Positions 39,561 to 51,394 of a DNA stretch of 64,000 nucleotides are shown here, piece by piece (the stretch's first letter is position 1; the number at the start of each line of letters is the position of its first letter). The position numbers and the translations under genes are program-made. The notes below the pieces were generated by a model. It searched no databases, was not told the DNA's origin, and saw only the letters and a list, made by a program, of their open reading frames with translations. The DNA comes from an uncultured Verrucomicrobiae bacterium (lineage in GTDB: Bacteria > Verrucomicrobiota > Verrucomicrobiia > Palsa-1439): assembly GCA_963812605.1 (NCBI GenBank), contig CAWEWF010000010.1:64001-128000 (forward strand), read 5' to 3'.

Positions 39561-40667
39561 GTGAAAATCGACTATGTCATCGTCGGCTCAGGGCTGACGG
39601 GAGCGGTGATTGCCCGCCGCTTGGTGGACGCCGGGCGGACGGTGGTCATTGTTGACCGACGACCGCACCTTGGCGGCAATGTCCATGACCACTCCCATCC
39701 GAGCGGCATTCGCATCCATACCTACGGGCCGCATTACTTCCGCACCACCAGCGACGAGATCTGGGCCTTCGTCAATCGCTTCGCCACGTTTTACAAGTAC
39801 GAGGCGGCGCTGAAATCATTTGTGGACGGGCGTCATGAGAACTGGCCGATTGCCGCCAGTTACATTCGCCGAACCATTGGCGAGAAATGGCACCCGGAAT
39901 TTCGCGGCACGCCGGCCAATTTCGAGGAAGCCTCGCTGGCGATGATGCCGCGGCTGGTTTATGAAAAATTTGTCAAAGGTTACACGGAAAAGCAATGGGG
40001 CGTGCCGGCCCGCACGTTGTCGGCGAGCCTGGCGCGGCGGTTCGACGTGCGCGAAGATGACGAGCCGCGCCTCATGCGGCACGCACACCAGGGTATCCCC
40101 GTCGAGGGATACAGCGTCTTGATGCGCAACATGTTGTCGGGTGTGCCCGTGATGGTCAATTGCGACTATCTCAAGCACCGCGACGCTTTTACCGCCCAAA
40201 AGTTGCTGATCTTCACGGGGCCCATCGATGAATTCTTCGGGTTTGACCTCGGGCAATTGAAATATCGCGGCCAGCAACGTGAGCACACGTACACGAAAGA
40301 TATCGAGTTTGTCCAACCTTGCGGCCAGGTCAATTACCCAGACCCATCCGTCCCGCACATCCGGCTGCTGGAATGGAAGCACATGATGGCCCCCGAACAT
40401 GCCCGAAGCATTCGTGGTTCCGTGGTGACTCGCGAAACGACGATCACACCCACCGATCCCAACGCCTACGAGTACCCGTTTCCCGACGATGCCAACGCGC
40501 GGTTGTATCGAGAATATCGGCAGCGGGCGGACAAGATTCCGGACCTGCTGGTCTGCGGTCGTTTGGGCGAATACCGGTACTACGACATGGATCAGGCGAT
40601 TGGGCGCGCCATGATGCTGGCGGATCGAATCCTGGCGGGCGGGAGCCCGTTGTCCGCATCGGAATAA
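39561..40667 (+). CDS. glf: UDP-galactopyranose mutase
   Basis: IVGSGLTG, IHTYGPHYFRT, YTEKQWG, GRLGEYRYYDMDQAI. Confidence 0.95.
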   Translation: MKIDYVIVGSGLTGAVIARRLVDAGRTVVIVDRRPHLGGNVHDHSHPSGIRIHTYGPHYFRTTSDEIWAFVNRFATFYKYEAALKSFVDGRHENWPIAASYIRRTIGEKWHPEFRGTPANFEEASLAMMPRLVYEKFVKGYTEKQWGVPARTLSASLARRFDVREDDEPRLMRHAHQGIPVEGYSVLMRNMLSGVPVMVNCDYLKHRDAFTAQKLLIFTGPIDEFFGFDLGQLKYRGQQREHTYTKDIEFVQPCGQVNYPDPSVPHIRLLEWKHMMAPEHARSIRGSVVTRETTITPTDPNAYEYPFPDDANARLYREYRQRADKIPDLLVCGRLGEYRYYDMDQAIGRAMMLADRILAGGSPLSASE

Positions 40668-40673
40668 GACCCC

Positions 40674-41570
40674 ATGTCCCAACCTTCCATCGCCGCGGTC
40701 GTGGTCACGTGTAACCGCCTCGGTCTTCTTCAGGAGTGCGTGGCGGCCTTGCGGGCCCAGACTCATCGGCTCGACGAGATTATCGTGGTGGACAACTCCA
40801 GCACAGATGGCACGGCCGAGTGGCTGGCAAAGCAAGGCGACCTGCATGTTATTACGCAGCCCAATTTGGGGAGTGCCGGCGGGCAAAGCACCGGCATCAA
40901 GACCGCCTACCTTCGGGGCCATGAGTGGTTCTGGTGCATGGACGACGACACGATACCCAAACCGGAGGCGTTGGCGAGATTCGTCGCGGCGCCCTACTTT
41001 CGAGATCCCGCCACCGGGTTTTTGGGCAGTCTTATTCTGTGGACTGACGGGGCGACGCATCGCATGAACCAGCACCCGGTGAAACATTGGCAGTGGTATG
41101 GAACCGTTATGACCGACCACTGCGTAAAGATCGATGGCAATTCGTTCGTTTCCGTATTGGTCAGCCGCCAAGCGGTGGCGGCGGTGGGATTGCCGCTGAA
41201 AGAGTTCTTTATCTGGTGTGACGACATCGAATACTTCCACCGGATCGCCCGTAAATTCAATGGCTATTGTGTTTTGGACAGCGTGGTGGTGCACAAGACG
41301 AAGCTCCATAGCGGCGGTGTTCCGGTGGACCGGGTCAGCCCGGAAGATTACGTGAAGTATTGTTACGGCGTGCGAAATTATATCGCGACGATCAAAATGC
41401 AGCCGAAATCACCGGTGAAACGCGCTTTTCTTGTTGGCAGGGAATTGTGGAAAAACCTTCTGATGGTATTGCGCGGGCGCGCGCCATTGTCGGTCCTCGC
41501 CTGGATGTTGCGCGGGCTGGTATTTCACCCCAAGCCGGAAATGATTCAGCAGGAATCCGGAAAGAAATGA
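40674..41570 (+). CDS. GT2 glycosyltransferase, galactofuranosyltransferase-like
   Basis: VVDNSSTDGT, NLGSAGG, WCMDDD, SFVSVLV, FFIWCDDIEY; follows glf. Confidence 0.88.
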   Translation: MSQPSIAAVVVTCNRLGLLQECVAALRAQTHRLDEIIVVDNSSTDGTAEWLAKQGDLHVITQPNLGSAGGQSTGIKTAYLRGHEWFWCMDDDTIPKPEALARFVAAPYFRDPATGFLGSLILWTDGATHRMNQHPVKHWQWYGTVMTDHCVKIDGNSFVSVLVSRQAVAAVGLPLKEFFIWCDDIEYFHRIARKFNGYCVLDSVVVHKTKLHSGGVPVDRVSPEDYVKYCYGVRNYIATIKMQPKSPVKRAFLVGRELWKNLLMVLRGRAPLSVLAWMLRGLVFHPKPEMIQQESGKK

Positions 41571-43114
41571 TCTTCACACGCTGTCGCGGGATAGTGGGGG
41601 CGTTTGCCGCGGCGGGGTTTGCGCTGCTGTGTCTTGTCGCGACGGCTGCGGAGACGACAGCGCCGGCGGCGAGTTGTTTTACGCGTTCGTATGACCAGCG
41701 GAAGCATTACATTTCCCCAAGTCCGGCACAACGTTGGGGCCTGTTCCGGCTCTCGGACCACATTTCTATTCGCGTCGCCACCCACTCACCGGTGCGTGTC
41801 TTCACGCTGCGCGGCCAGACGGTGTATGAAGGCGCGCCCGGCAAACTGCCACAGCTTCCTGTCGGTCATTATTTCGTCGAGACGGACGGCGACCGCTCGC
41901 AATTTGCCGTGTTGCCCGACGATTATGCCGGGGCGTCCTTTTTGGGGATGGCATCCGACGCGGGCAACAACTCATCGATCACCGCGAAACTCAAGTTGAT
42001 CGAGCCCGCCTGGGTGCGGGTGTCGAACGAAGGCCTGTGGGAGGTTGTCCAGCCGTTGTCTGGCATGTGGGAATGGGACGAGCTGGATCGCGTGGTGCAG
42101 GTCAATCCCGGCCGGCGCATTATCGTAAACGCCTTTCACCGCCCGGCGTGGGTCAACGACGAGAGATTCATTCCGTTATTCACCGAGTATATCAAACGGA
42201 TGGCCCGCCGTTACCGCGGAAAAATTTATGCGATTGAGATTTGGAACGAACCTTACCACGTGACGGATGATCCGCCGGCGCGCCTCCCGCATGTCTCGAC
42301 GACACATGACATGGTGGATTTCTACACAAGATTGCTCCGCGCCTCCCGTTTCGCCATTCAATCCGTCGCGCCCGAGATGAAAGTCTTCGGTCCGGCCTTT
42401 TCCGGTCCCCTGCAAATTGAGACGGAGGAATTGGCCAACGCAGGGGCGATGAACGACCTTGACGGCTTCAGTTGGCATGACTATCGGCTGGGGGGATTTG
42501 CTCCGGACACGGATTATCCAACTTGGAAGCGTGCCGACCAGTATCTGGATCGACTGCGGGCCCTGGCGCCGTTGAAGCCGTTGATCGTGGATGAATTGGG
42601 ACTCTGGAATGAGAGTCCCCTGGGGACTTTGAATTTGAAGGGGGGCGATGGCGTCTGCGATTGGAAGACGGCGTTTGACCGCGCCATCAGGATGACCGTG
42701 ATGCTTCGGGGTGGCGGTGTGGAGTGCATCATGCCCCATAATTTCGCCGGTGGCGGCGGGCACAAGCTCGACGGTTTCGATCCGGCGAACCGCGGACCTC
42801 AGCCAAAAAGCTCGGCCTTTCTCATGACGTGTTACTGGTTGAACGGCGCGAAGGCGGCCGGTCGGCGCGTCGTCGATGACAAGACCTTTTTCTACGCGTG
42901 GACACGTCCCGACGGCACCACGCTCGTCTTCGCCTGGTGCACGGAGGGACACACGATCGGTTTTCATGCGGCCAGTGCCTGGAGAACCACCGACATCTTC
43001 GGGCAGGACGTAGTGGCGCAAACACTCAGTTCGGAGCCGGTATTGATTTGGGCGGCAAAGAAGGACAGTCCCGCGCTGACGCTGGATACGGTGGCGGCGG
43101 CGCTGGGACAATAA
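41567..43114 (+). CDS. Secreted clan GH-A glycoside hydrolase (GH39/GH5-like), paralog 2
   Basis: ATGA overlap with the GT2 gene; RWGLFR, GDRSQFAVLPDDY, AIEIWNEP, FSWHDY, IVDELG, SAFLMTCYWLNGA. Confidence 0.75.
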   Translation: MIFTRCRGIVGAFAAAGFALLCLVATAAETTAPAASCFTRSYDQRKHYISPSPAQRWGLFRLSDHISIRVATHSPVRVFTLRGQTVYEGAPGKLPQLPVGHYFVETDGDRSQFAVLPDDYAGASFLGMASDAGNNSSITAKLKLIEPAWVRVSNEGLWEVVQPLSGMWEWDELDRVVQVNPGRRIIVNAFHRPAWVNDERFIPLFTEYIKRMARRYRGKIYAIEIWNEPYHVTDDPPARLPHVSTTHDMVDFYTRLLRASRFAIQSVAPEMKVFGPAFSGPLQIETEELANAGAMNDLDGFSWHDYRLGGFAPDTDYPTWKRADQYLDRLRALAPLKPLIVDELGLWNESPLGTLNLKGGDGVCDWKTAFDRAIRMTVMLRGGGVECIMPHNFAGGGGHKLDGFDPANRGPQPKSSAFLMTCYWLNGAKAAGRRVVDDKTFFYAWTRPDGTTLVFAWCTEGHTIGFHAASAWRTTDIFGQDVVAQTLSSEPVLIWAAKKDSPALTLDTVAAALGQ

Positions 43115-43133
43115 ACAGTTCCTGGATTGGCAT

Positions 43134-44295
43134 GTGACGACAACCAAGCAGAACAAGAAGTTCGTTCAGCAACTGCGGAAGATCGGGCCGGTTTACGGTT
43201 TCATGCTGCGCGTTCGCCGCTGGATCGTGAATACCTGCTTGGAATGTCTTCGCAGAATATCCCTCCGCAATCCGCGTTTTGGGCCGGCCCGGGGATTCTT
43301 CTCCGCGTATGAACAACTCCGCGAACGCCGCGCGCCGGGGCGGGTGGTTTTTGAGTCGCAACCAGTGATCCCGGCTGGCCCCACTTCGCTGCGGACAAAA
43401 GCTGCCATGGATCAGCAGGGTTTCCAGCCCTGGCCATTTTTTTGGTGTTCGTGGGACCAGGCGCGGCTTGTCGGGCGCACATTGGTGGCAATGGACAAGG
43501 ACAAGCGCATTTGTTTGGAGGGAGCCTACGGCTTGCATTGTCTCCGGGATGATCCGGCTTATCGGACAGTTGTCCTACCGCCGCCTACCCGGCTGGAGGG
43601 GAATTGGACGAGTCTTGTCTCGAAGTGGACCTTATCGTCGAACTTTTACCATTGGTTCCTGGACGCCCTGCCAAGACTGGCGGCGCTCGATAAATTGCCC
43701 GGGGACACCGGGATTCTTGTTGCTTCTGGGATCGGAGGCTACGCACGAGAGACACTTCAGTGGCTTGGCCTGGAGGGAAGGTATCGACTGACCCACGAAG
43801 AGCACCTGCTTGTGGAAAGTTTTCACTTTGCCTCCCCGACGGCCATGACCGGGTGCGACAACCCATATGCGACCACCTTTTTACGGAATGTCTTTCTCGA
43901 GCCGGGCCGACAAGACGTTTGCCCCGCCGAAACGGTTTTATATTCAACGAGTCGGCAAGGGGCGGGGAGTGCTTAACGAAACCGAGGTGATCGCGTTCTT
44001 CCACGACCGTGGTTGGGGAATCGTCGACCCCGAGGCGTTGACACTGGCGCAGCAGATTCAATTGTTTTCACAGGCTGAGGCGATCTGCGGCGCGCACGGA
44101 GCCGGCTTGACCAATCTTCTTTGGTGTCAGCCGAGTTGCCGTGTCGTCGAGTTGTGCGCTGCGAATTGCCTCAACGGTTGTTATGAGGGGATCGCGCAAT
44201 CTGTCGGCGTCGATTACCAGTACTTGATCTGCCGGGCCGACGAGGTGTTCCGCGCAGTAGTGTCTTTGGAGGAGCTCAAGCGCGCCATCGGGTGA
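43134..44295 (+). CDS. GT61/DUF563 family protein (frameshift near 43898)
   Basis: NFYHWFLDALPRL; RFYIQR...R.VLNE; QQIQLFSQAEAICGAHGAGLTNLLW. Confidence 0.85.
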
Positions 44296-44316
44296 TCGAC
44301 GCCAGAACGCTGGAGT

Positions 44317-45159
44317 TTAGCCCTTGCCCTTTTCCGCGACGATTACCGTCAACCACGTGTACCGGCGCAGCGAGGGAAAATGGCGGAAGACCCATTCGTC
44401 GATATTTTGCAGCCGATGCAGCAGTTGGGGATGGTACTTGCCCTGGCGCACTTCGTCCATCCAGTAAGGAAACGCTTTGCCGGAAAATTTCAAAGAGACA
44501 AAGCGCATCGTAAACAGCGCGAGAGACACCAGATGATATTCCCGGTGATTGAGCCGGCCGAATTGGCCCGCCAAAAAGTCAAAGTCACGCTGTTCCAGCG
44601 GGCGTTCATCGGTCGTCCGCAAGTCCGTGGCGAAAAAACGGTAGACTTCGCTGAAGATGCTTCCTTTTTGCGGTTCCAGGAAAACGCCGCGTCCGCCGGG
44701 CTTCATCACGCGAACGATGCTGGGCACGGCTTGCGGCATGTCCAGGTGATGCAGAACGCCATCGGCGAAAATGAGGTCGAAGTAATCGTCGGCGTATTTC
44801 ATGTCCTCAACACGGCAAACCTGGGCGTGCACCCGCTCGCCGACGCCGCGGTGTGTTGCCAATGCGGTCGTCACGGACACCATCTTTTCCGAAACATCCA
44901 GGGCGTGGACCTCAGCGCCGGCGAGCGCGAAGAACACGGATGTGTCACCCTGCCCGCAACCGATATCCAAGACCCGTTTGCCCTGTAAATTGCCGAACTG
45001 CTCGAGAACGTAGCGGTTCTCCAGACAGGTTGGAGCAAACACGTTTTGGGGCGCCAGGCGCTCCGGGGAAAGCTGCTCGGCGTAACGGTCGTAAAACCGG
45101 CTCTCCGCGCGGGCCCGGTTGATTGGTTCGCCAGTCTCCAGAGGCATAGTAATCATCAA
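44317..45159 (-). CDS. Class I SAM-dependent methyltransferase
   Basis: VLDIGCGQG, FDLIFADGVLHHL, MKPGGRGVFLEP. Confidence 0.9.
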   Translation of the reverse strand: MMITMPLETGEPINRARAESRFYDRYAEQLSPERLAPQNVFAPTCLENRYVLEQFGNLQGKRVLDIGCGQGDTSVFFALAGAEVHALDVSEKMVSVTTALATHRGVGERVHAQVCRVEDMKYADDYFDLIFADGVLHHLDMPQAVPSIVRVMKPGGRGVFLEPQKGSIFSEVYRFFATDLRTTDERPLEQRDFDFLAGQFGRLNHREYHLVSLALFTMRFVSLKFSGKAFPYWMDEVRQGKYHPQLLHRLQNIDEWVFRHFPSLRRYTWLTVIVAEKGKG

Positions 45160-45256
45160 TGATAGTGCGCGTTCGCGACGGCAACAACCTCAATTGTCAC
45201 GTGGCGAATAATTCTCTTTATCATCGTCGGGCCCGGTTAGTATAGTCGCTTGATTC

Positions 45257-46165
45257 GTGAGCGTGGCCCTGACAATTGTTATCCCGGTCTACAACGAGGA
45301 GGCCAACGTCGATCCCCTGCTGGAGCAGATCGCGAGGACCCTGCCGGGATTGCCATCACCCGCGGAAGTGGTGATCGTAGATGACGGCAGCGCCGATACG
45401 ACGGTCCCCAAATTGATCCTGGCGAAAAAGAAGTATCCCTGGCTGAAAGTCATCGAACTGCGTCGCAATTTCGGCCAGCACGCCGCGACGTACGCCGGGT
45501 TTGACCATGCGAAAGGCGAGATTGTCGTGACGTTGGATGGCGATCTCCAGAACAATCCCGCGGACATTCCCAAGCTGCTCAAGAAAATGGCCGAGGGGTA
45601 CGATGTGGTCTGCGGTTGGCGCATGGATCGTCATGACCCGTTTCTTTCGCGCAAGCTGCCTTCGCTGATCACCAACTATCTCATCCGCAATGACGCGCCG
45701 ACACCGATTCATGATTACGGTTGTTTTCTCCGGGCCTACACCAACGTGGCCGCCAGGGAGTTATCGCATTATTCGACGTCGCGCGGCTGGTTCCCGGTGC
45801 TTTTTTCCAAACTCGGTTTCAAGGTCAGCGAGGTCGCTGTCAGCCATCAGGAACGTCCAGGCGGCGAAAACTCCAAGCACGGGTTCTTTGTCCGGCTGGA
45901 CCAATTCATGTCGGTTTTCATGGGCGCGACAACGAAGCCGTTCCAATTTGTCGAGGTGATTGGCATTGCCGCCGTGGGGCTTGGCGGAGCGGGTCTGCTG
46001 GCCGGGATGGTCATCCGTTCCTGGCCGCTCGGCGTGTTGTCCGCTTCGCTGGGGCTGTGGGGTTTTTCGGTGACGATTACGGGGATGGTTGGCGAATACC
46101 TCGTGCGCATGAATTACGAAATGGGGCGCAAGCCAAAGTACCTGGTGCGCACCGTCCACGAGTAG
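45257..46165 (+). CDS. Polyprenyl-phosphate glycosyltransferase (GT2, ArnC/GtrB-like)
   Basis: IPVYNEE, RNFGQHAA, TLDGDLQN.P.DIP, DYGC, two C-terminal TMs, GEYL...PKY. Confidence 0.9.
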   Translation: MSVALTIVIPVYNEEANVDPLLEQIARTLPGLPSPAEVVIVDDGSADTTVPKLILAKKKYPWLKVIELRRNFGQHAATYAGFDHAKGEIVVTLDGDLQNNPADIPKLLKKMAEGYDVVCGWRMDRHDPFLSRKLPSLITNYLIRNDAPTPIHDYGCFLRAYTNVAARELSHYSTSRGWFPVLFSKLGFKVSEVAVSHQERPGGENSKHGFFVRLDQFMSVFMGATTKPFQFVEVIGIAAVGLGGAGLLAGMVIRSWPLGVLSASLGLWGFSVTITGMVGEYLVRMNYEMGRKPKYLVRTVHE

Positions 46166-46198
46166 CGACGCCTCCCGGCAAACCCACCGACCCTGCTT

Positions 46199-47090
46199 AT
46201 GACCGACGCCAATCAATCATTTCCCAGCAGTTGGCACGTGCCTGAGGCCACGAGGACCCTTTACAACGGCCTGCGCCGACACCTGAAAATGTTATTGCGG
46301 CTGCCCCCGAAACCGGAAGCCCCGGTGGTCAGCGGCCCGATGGACATCGCAGTAGCCCGTTACCACCAGATCTGCTCCCGGCTCCTGGAGGAACTGGGTC
46401 CGAACCCGGTGCTGACCGACAAGGTGATGTGTGAAGCCGGGGCGGGCGACGGACTGGCAGTGGCGGCACTCTTGATTAGTTTGGGAGCCTATAAGGTCCA
46501 TCTGGTGGAATTAAATCCCCCGGTGGCATCGCTGCGGCAAATCGAGATCCTCGAACAACTGCAAAAACGAGGGTCTGCCGCTGCGTCCCGACGCCGTCCT
46601 GGAGTCGCAACCGCCGCGCTTGAAGGATGCGGTCGTGTACCATCAATGTTTCATGGAACAAATGGAAACGGTCGAAGCTTTCGATTTGATTTTTTCCAAC
46701 TCGGTGCTTGAGCACGTCGAGGACGTGCAGACATTCTTTGGCCGCTGTTTTCGCTCGCTGAAGCCCGGTGGCCGCATGGTGCATTGCATCGACCTGGGAG
46801 GTCACGGTTCATTCGAGGATCCGATGCCACCCCTGGAGTTCCAGATCTACCCGGACTGGCTGTTTTGGCTGATGTCTCCGCCGTTTAACCGTGCGACCCG
46901 TCGGGCTGTCGGCGAATACGTCCGGTTCGCCAAAGCCGTCGGGTTTACCAACATTGTCGTGAAACCCACCCGCCTGGCCGACTCAGCGTACTTGGAAGCG
47001 ATTTGGCCGCGCTTGAATCGCAGGATTTGCCGCGCGGGCAAAGCGGAAGTAGCGGTCGTGGAATTCGTTCTTCTGGCCGATAAGCCCTGA
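46199..47090 (+). CDS. SAM-dependent methyltransferase (frameshift near 46570-46620)
   Basis: EAGAGDG; FDLIFSNSVLEHV, LKPGGRMVHCIDLGGH. Confidence 0.8.
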
Positions 47091-47101
47091 GAACCACTGC
47101 G

Positions 47102-48283
47102 TCAGCGCCCCGCTGATTTCTCTCGGCAGATCGATTCGTAGACCTCGAGCGTTTTCGCGGCAACGACCCGCGGCGCGTACTCGGCCAGAGCCCTGGCGTG
47201 ACCCGCGGTTCCCATCGCGCGACGCAGGGCTTTATCCGGGAAGAGGCGGCCAATGGCTTCGGCAGTTCACGGGATCCCGGCTTCACCAACCAGCCGGTTT
47301 TGCCTTCGTCCACCCAGTTGGGAATCCCCGCCACCCGCGTGGGAAATCACGGGCACTCCCGCCGCCAGCGCCTCGCCGATGCACATGGGCATGTTTTCCC
47401 AAAACGATGGCAGCACCAAGAGATCACTTTGAGCCGCAAGTTCCTGGGCCACGCGAACTTCCCGGTGAACTCCCAGCCATTCAATCTGGTGGTCTACTTT
47501 AAGTCCACGGCCCGTTGGCTGACCTGCATTTTTGTCCGTCCCCGTCTGCCGGTCCAATGACGCGGAGCACGAGGGAATCTCCAAAAAAGAATCCCGCAAT
47601 CGCCCCAAAGCTTCCACGAGGTGAATCAACCCCTTCCGTGGTTGAATCGCCCCGACATAGTAGGAGGGTGATCGGCCGGCCTCCGGGGGCCGGCTGGACT
47701 TCGAAGAAACACGGGGCCATCGCGTTCGGGATTCGGAAGGACCGTGCCGGGCTTTTGGATTCGCGAAGGAAGTCTTGAACGTCCCGGCTGATGGAAATCA
47801 CGTTCCGGGTCCTGCGCACGACGAATTTTTCCACCCACCGCGGCACATGATTGAGCGAGAAGAACGGTGGCGGTGTGACCTGATGCACCCGGGCCATGAT
47901 TCCGTGGAAGGTGATGACGTGTGGGTACCGGGAGGTCACGGCCGTCAGCGCGCCCTCCGCTTCGGTCCCTTGTCCGTGGACAATCTCAGGCTGGATCCGC
48001 GCCAGTTCTTTCCAGAGCAAATGCCGCCGCCAGAGAAAGAGAGTGGCACTACCCGAACCCGGTGGGTATGGCACTCGGTGTACGGTCCCAAATGGGCCAT
48101 CCTCGACTTTTACCGAGTTGACCTCACTTGTACTCACAAGGATGTGAACATCCCGCAGGCCGATTTCACGTAAGCCGCGCAAGAGATTCAGTCCCGCGAG
48201 AGCAGATATGGCATCAAGTGCGCGGGCCGTTCAAGTCCGCGAATCAAATAAGTGTCGAAGCCGCCCACTAACGCAACGCGCAT
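47102..48283 (-). CDS. GT4 glycosyltransferase (several frameshifts)
   Basis: MRVALVGG start; PEIVHGQGTE; VLPSFWENMPMCIGEALAAGVPV; GGIPNWVDEGKTGWLV. Confidence 0.8.
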
Positions 48284-48495
48284 GTTTTGTAGAAGACGGC
48301 GATGGATTTGTCAGTCATTTTAGCAAATCGGCTGTTTAACAATACCGGCAGTGGCACCAAACTGAGAGGCCACGTCGACGCGGCCGAACAAATAGAACTC
48401 GCCGCAATGTCTTCGCTTCCGATACGCTAGCGATGATGGTAACTGCCAGTCCGGGGAGTCGAGGAGATTATCGGCGAAGATGCCCATGCTGTCAG

Positions 48496-49622
48496 TTAGA
48501 ATGAGGTGCGCGCCCTCTCGAAGAGCGCGAGGTACTGATCGACCATGTGTGTCATTGAGAAATTTTCCAGCGCCCGCTGCCGTGCCTGGGTGGCATATTT
48601 CATGAAGTCCGGCCCGGTGACTCGCAAAACACCCTCCGCCAACGCATTGGTGTCGCCCGATGCCACCAGCCAGCCGGTTGCGCCATGCGAGACAATTTCG
48701 GGGATACCACCTGCCGTTATAGGCCACCACGGGCCGGCCGCTGAATTGCGCTTCAGACGATGACGGTGCCGAAATGGCTCGGTCGGATCGGTATGCACCA
48801 GAACCTGCAGTTGTTCGACCATGCCCGGGCTGCCCTTCATCCCAATAACCGTGCAGGATGAACCGCGAATCCAATTTCTCCCGTCTCGATGGCCGCGCGC
48901 AGGTCCGGCAAGGTAGCGGCCCATCTCCAAATACATGCAGCTTGAAGTCCAGTACCGGAGCCAGAGTTTCGCGCCACCTCAATGAGTTCCAACGGCCGTT
49001 TTCCCCTTTCGACAAGCCGGGCGATGAAAACCCAGGTGCCACGGAGGATCTGGCGTTGGCAGCGGCAATCGGGCCAGCGCCGCCTCATGCAGCCCGTGCA
49101 ATGGGTGGATGATTTGGAGACGTTGCGGGTCAAGGCGGGGAAATTGCTGGCGGATGATCTCCGCCGTGGCGCCCGAAATGGCGACAATATGGGTTCCAGG
49201 ATCTGTCCAGTACACGGGCGACCGCCGCTCGTCTTGGCGCGACCAGCCAGGCCTGCGGGTTGAGGTCCAGCGCCATGCATTGTTCATACTAACGGCACAT
49301 GGACTTTTTGGCAGGCCGAAGTAAAGGCCAAAAACATTCCCATGCGCCGAGACGGCCTGGATTTGGTGTTCACGCATGACACGGGTCAGCAAACGTCTTG
49401 CGGCCAGGTGGGGCTTGATGCGGGACCGGTGGAGATCAAAAAAATAATAAGGCCATGTCCGTGGGGTAAATTTGGCCCCCGCAATTCGGGTGCGTTGTCG
49501 CAGGCCCCGACCAGCACCACGCGATCACCGCGCTGGTGCAGGTGCAATGCCAGGCCCAGCGCGAAGCGTTCCTGGCCTCCTACTGGTTGGGCGACGTAAC
49601 TACTCCAGACGAGCACGTTCAT
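48496..49622 (-). CDS. GT4 glycosyltransferase (several frameshifts)
   Basis: MNVLVWSS...GGQERFAL; GFIARLVERGKRP; GGIPEIVSHGATGWLV; ENFSMTHMVDQY. Confidence 0.78.
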
Positions 49623-51184
49623 GCGATGGCGCTGTGGGTGGCCCCGCACTTGTACTGGCGCGCGCGTCGTTTTCACCGCAGCGTTTGGGCTTCAATTCAT
49701 CACGCATACTATGAAGAAGTCGCAGGCAGGAGCTAACGTTGAAGAGCAGATCGGGCAGGTAGGCGTCGTAACCGCCGAAGATGAAGGTATAGTGGATCGG
49801 TCCCCAGATCAATTGAATCGCGAAGAAGATCGCGACGGGAAACAGCGGGGTTCCCTGACACTCCTTAACGCATTTGTAAGAATAAACGGCGGCGGCGATG
49901 GAGAGCAGGTAAACCAGCACGAGCCCGCAGAGGCCGACATAGCGGATGGCGCTGAGCGGCCCGCTGTGAAATGCGCCGGTAAGCGTGACGAACTCGTTAT
50001 AATATCCTGGCGCAGCGCGACAATAAGATCCTGGATATCGGCGCCGAAACCGTCCCCAAACCACCAGTCTTTGATCGAGCCGTCCTCGATCACTTTCTTC
50101 CACAGGGTAAAGCGCCATGTCGAGCTACCTTCCGTATCCGTGATGACGGCATCCGACCATTGGCCCGGGAATAAACGCGAGCGACCGTTGGACGGGAGTG
50201 GGTAGTTGATATCGTTGACCGTAGGCCAGCGTCCCCAGAAGCAGTGTACCGATGAACCCGGCCACTAGCATTCTCGCCAACGCCTGTGCAACCAGCCGCC
50301 GATCCATAGGGCGGCGATCTCCCGCCACAACAGCAGGTTGCGAAACCCCGTGGCTAGAATGCAGACGATCGCCAGCAGCATTGCGTAAAACCGGGCTCGT
50401 CGCGGATCAAACAAAGTGATTGGCGAATAGTAGGCACAGAGGAATAACATCAAATACAAACCAAGGTGCCTCAGCCCCATCAACCGCTGAATTCCTTGAA
50501 AGATGGCCATCGCACCAGTGGAGCCGTAGTCCAATCCCGAGTACCAGCTGCTAAGTGTCGATCCGACTGAGGGAACAATGAAGGCCAACACATTTACGGC
50601 ACTCAGTAGAAATGCCGTCGCCAGTATCAAGGGGGGAACGGGCGACGCAAGGGCCAGGGAGCCTGGGACTCGAATGTCCACCCAATAGGCCATCACCTCA
50701 GGCGATGTTCAAAATGGGGCGCCCGCCGATGGTCTCCGAGCCGAAGATGGCAAAGCCGACGGGGTGCTTGATAAAGGTGAAGGCCAGGTAAATGAGATTG
50801 AGCCCTACGAGAAAATCCAGCACGTGCGGTTTGGGGCGCAGGTTTTCATGCGACAATACCCGGTACGCCACGTAGGAGGTAGTCGCCAGCAACACGCCCA
50901 GGTCCCGGAACGGCAAGCGGTATCGGCAGTTTGTATATGCTTCCCGTCAGGATCCAGGTCAACGGAATCAGGATCCAGGCTTTTCGCTGCATTCCAAAGG
51001 CGACGAGGATGACAATCCGCACCCCCACCAGGCACATCAGGTAAAAGGTCTGTCCCTCGCCCAGCCAGTCTCCAATAATCACGGCGAGCGCGAGTCCCAC
51101 CACCAACGTGGTGAGCCGGGTCACAAACGCCCTCACCATTGGCGGGTTGTGAAGATCGTCAGTAGAGATGCCCAGCAGTTTCAT
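49600..51184 (-). CDS. Wzy polymerase / O-antigen ligase-like multi-pass membrane protein (several frameshifts)
   Basis: Consecutive hydrophobic fragments; ATGFRN; LPTPVQRSLAFIPG; WFGDGFG; FHSGPLSAIRYVG. Confidence 0.65.
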
Positions 51185-51394
51185 GAACGAAGACAAACTG
51201 TACAGCGAGTATTGTGCCACCGCAAGCCCGACTAGAAGCGCATGCTGTGCCGGGTTTTCCAATTGAATGACGGCACCACCTGTGGGATAATAAGCGCGGG
51301 TATCGGACTGTCTGGCGACCCTTCCGCCCGAAGAGCGGCAAACAACCTGCTCTTGCAGGTAATGAGTAGTAAACCGACGGAGTAAATGACCATA

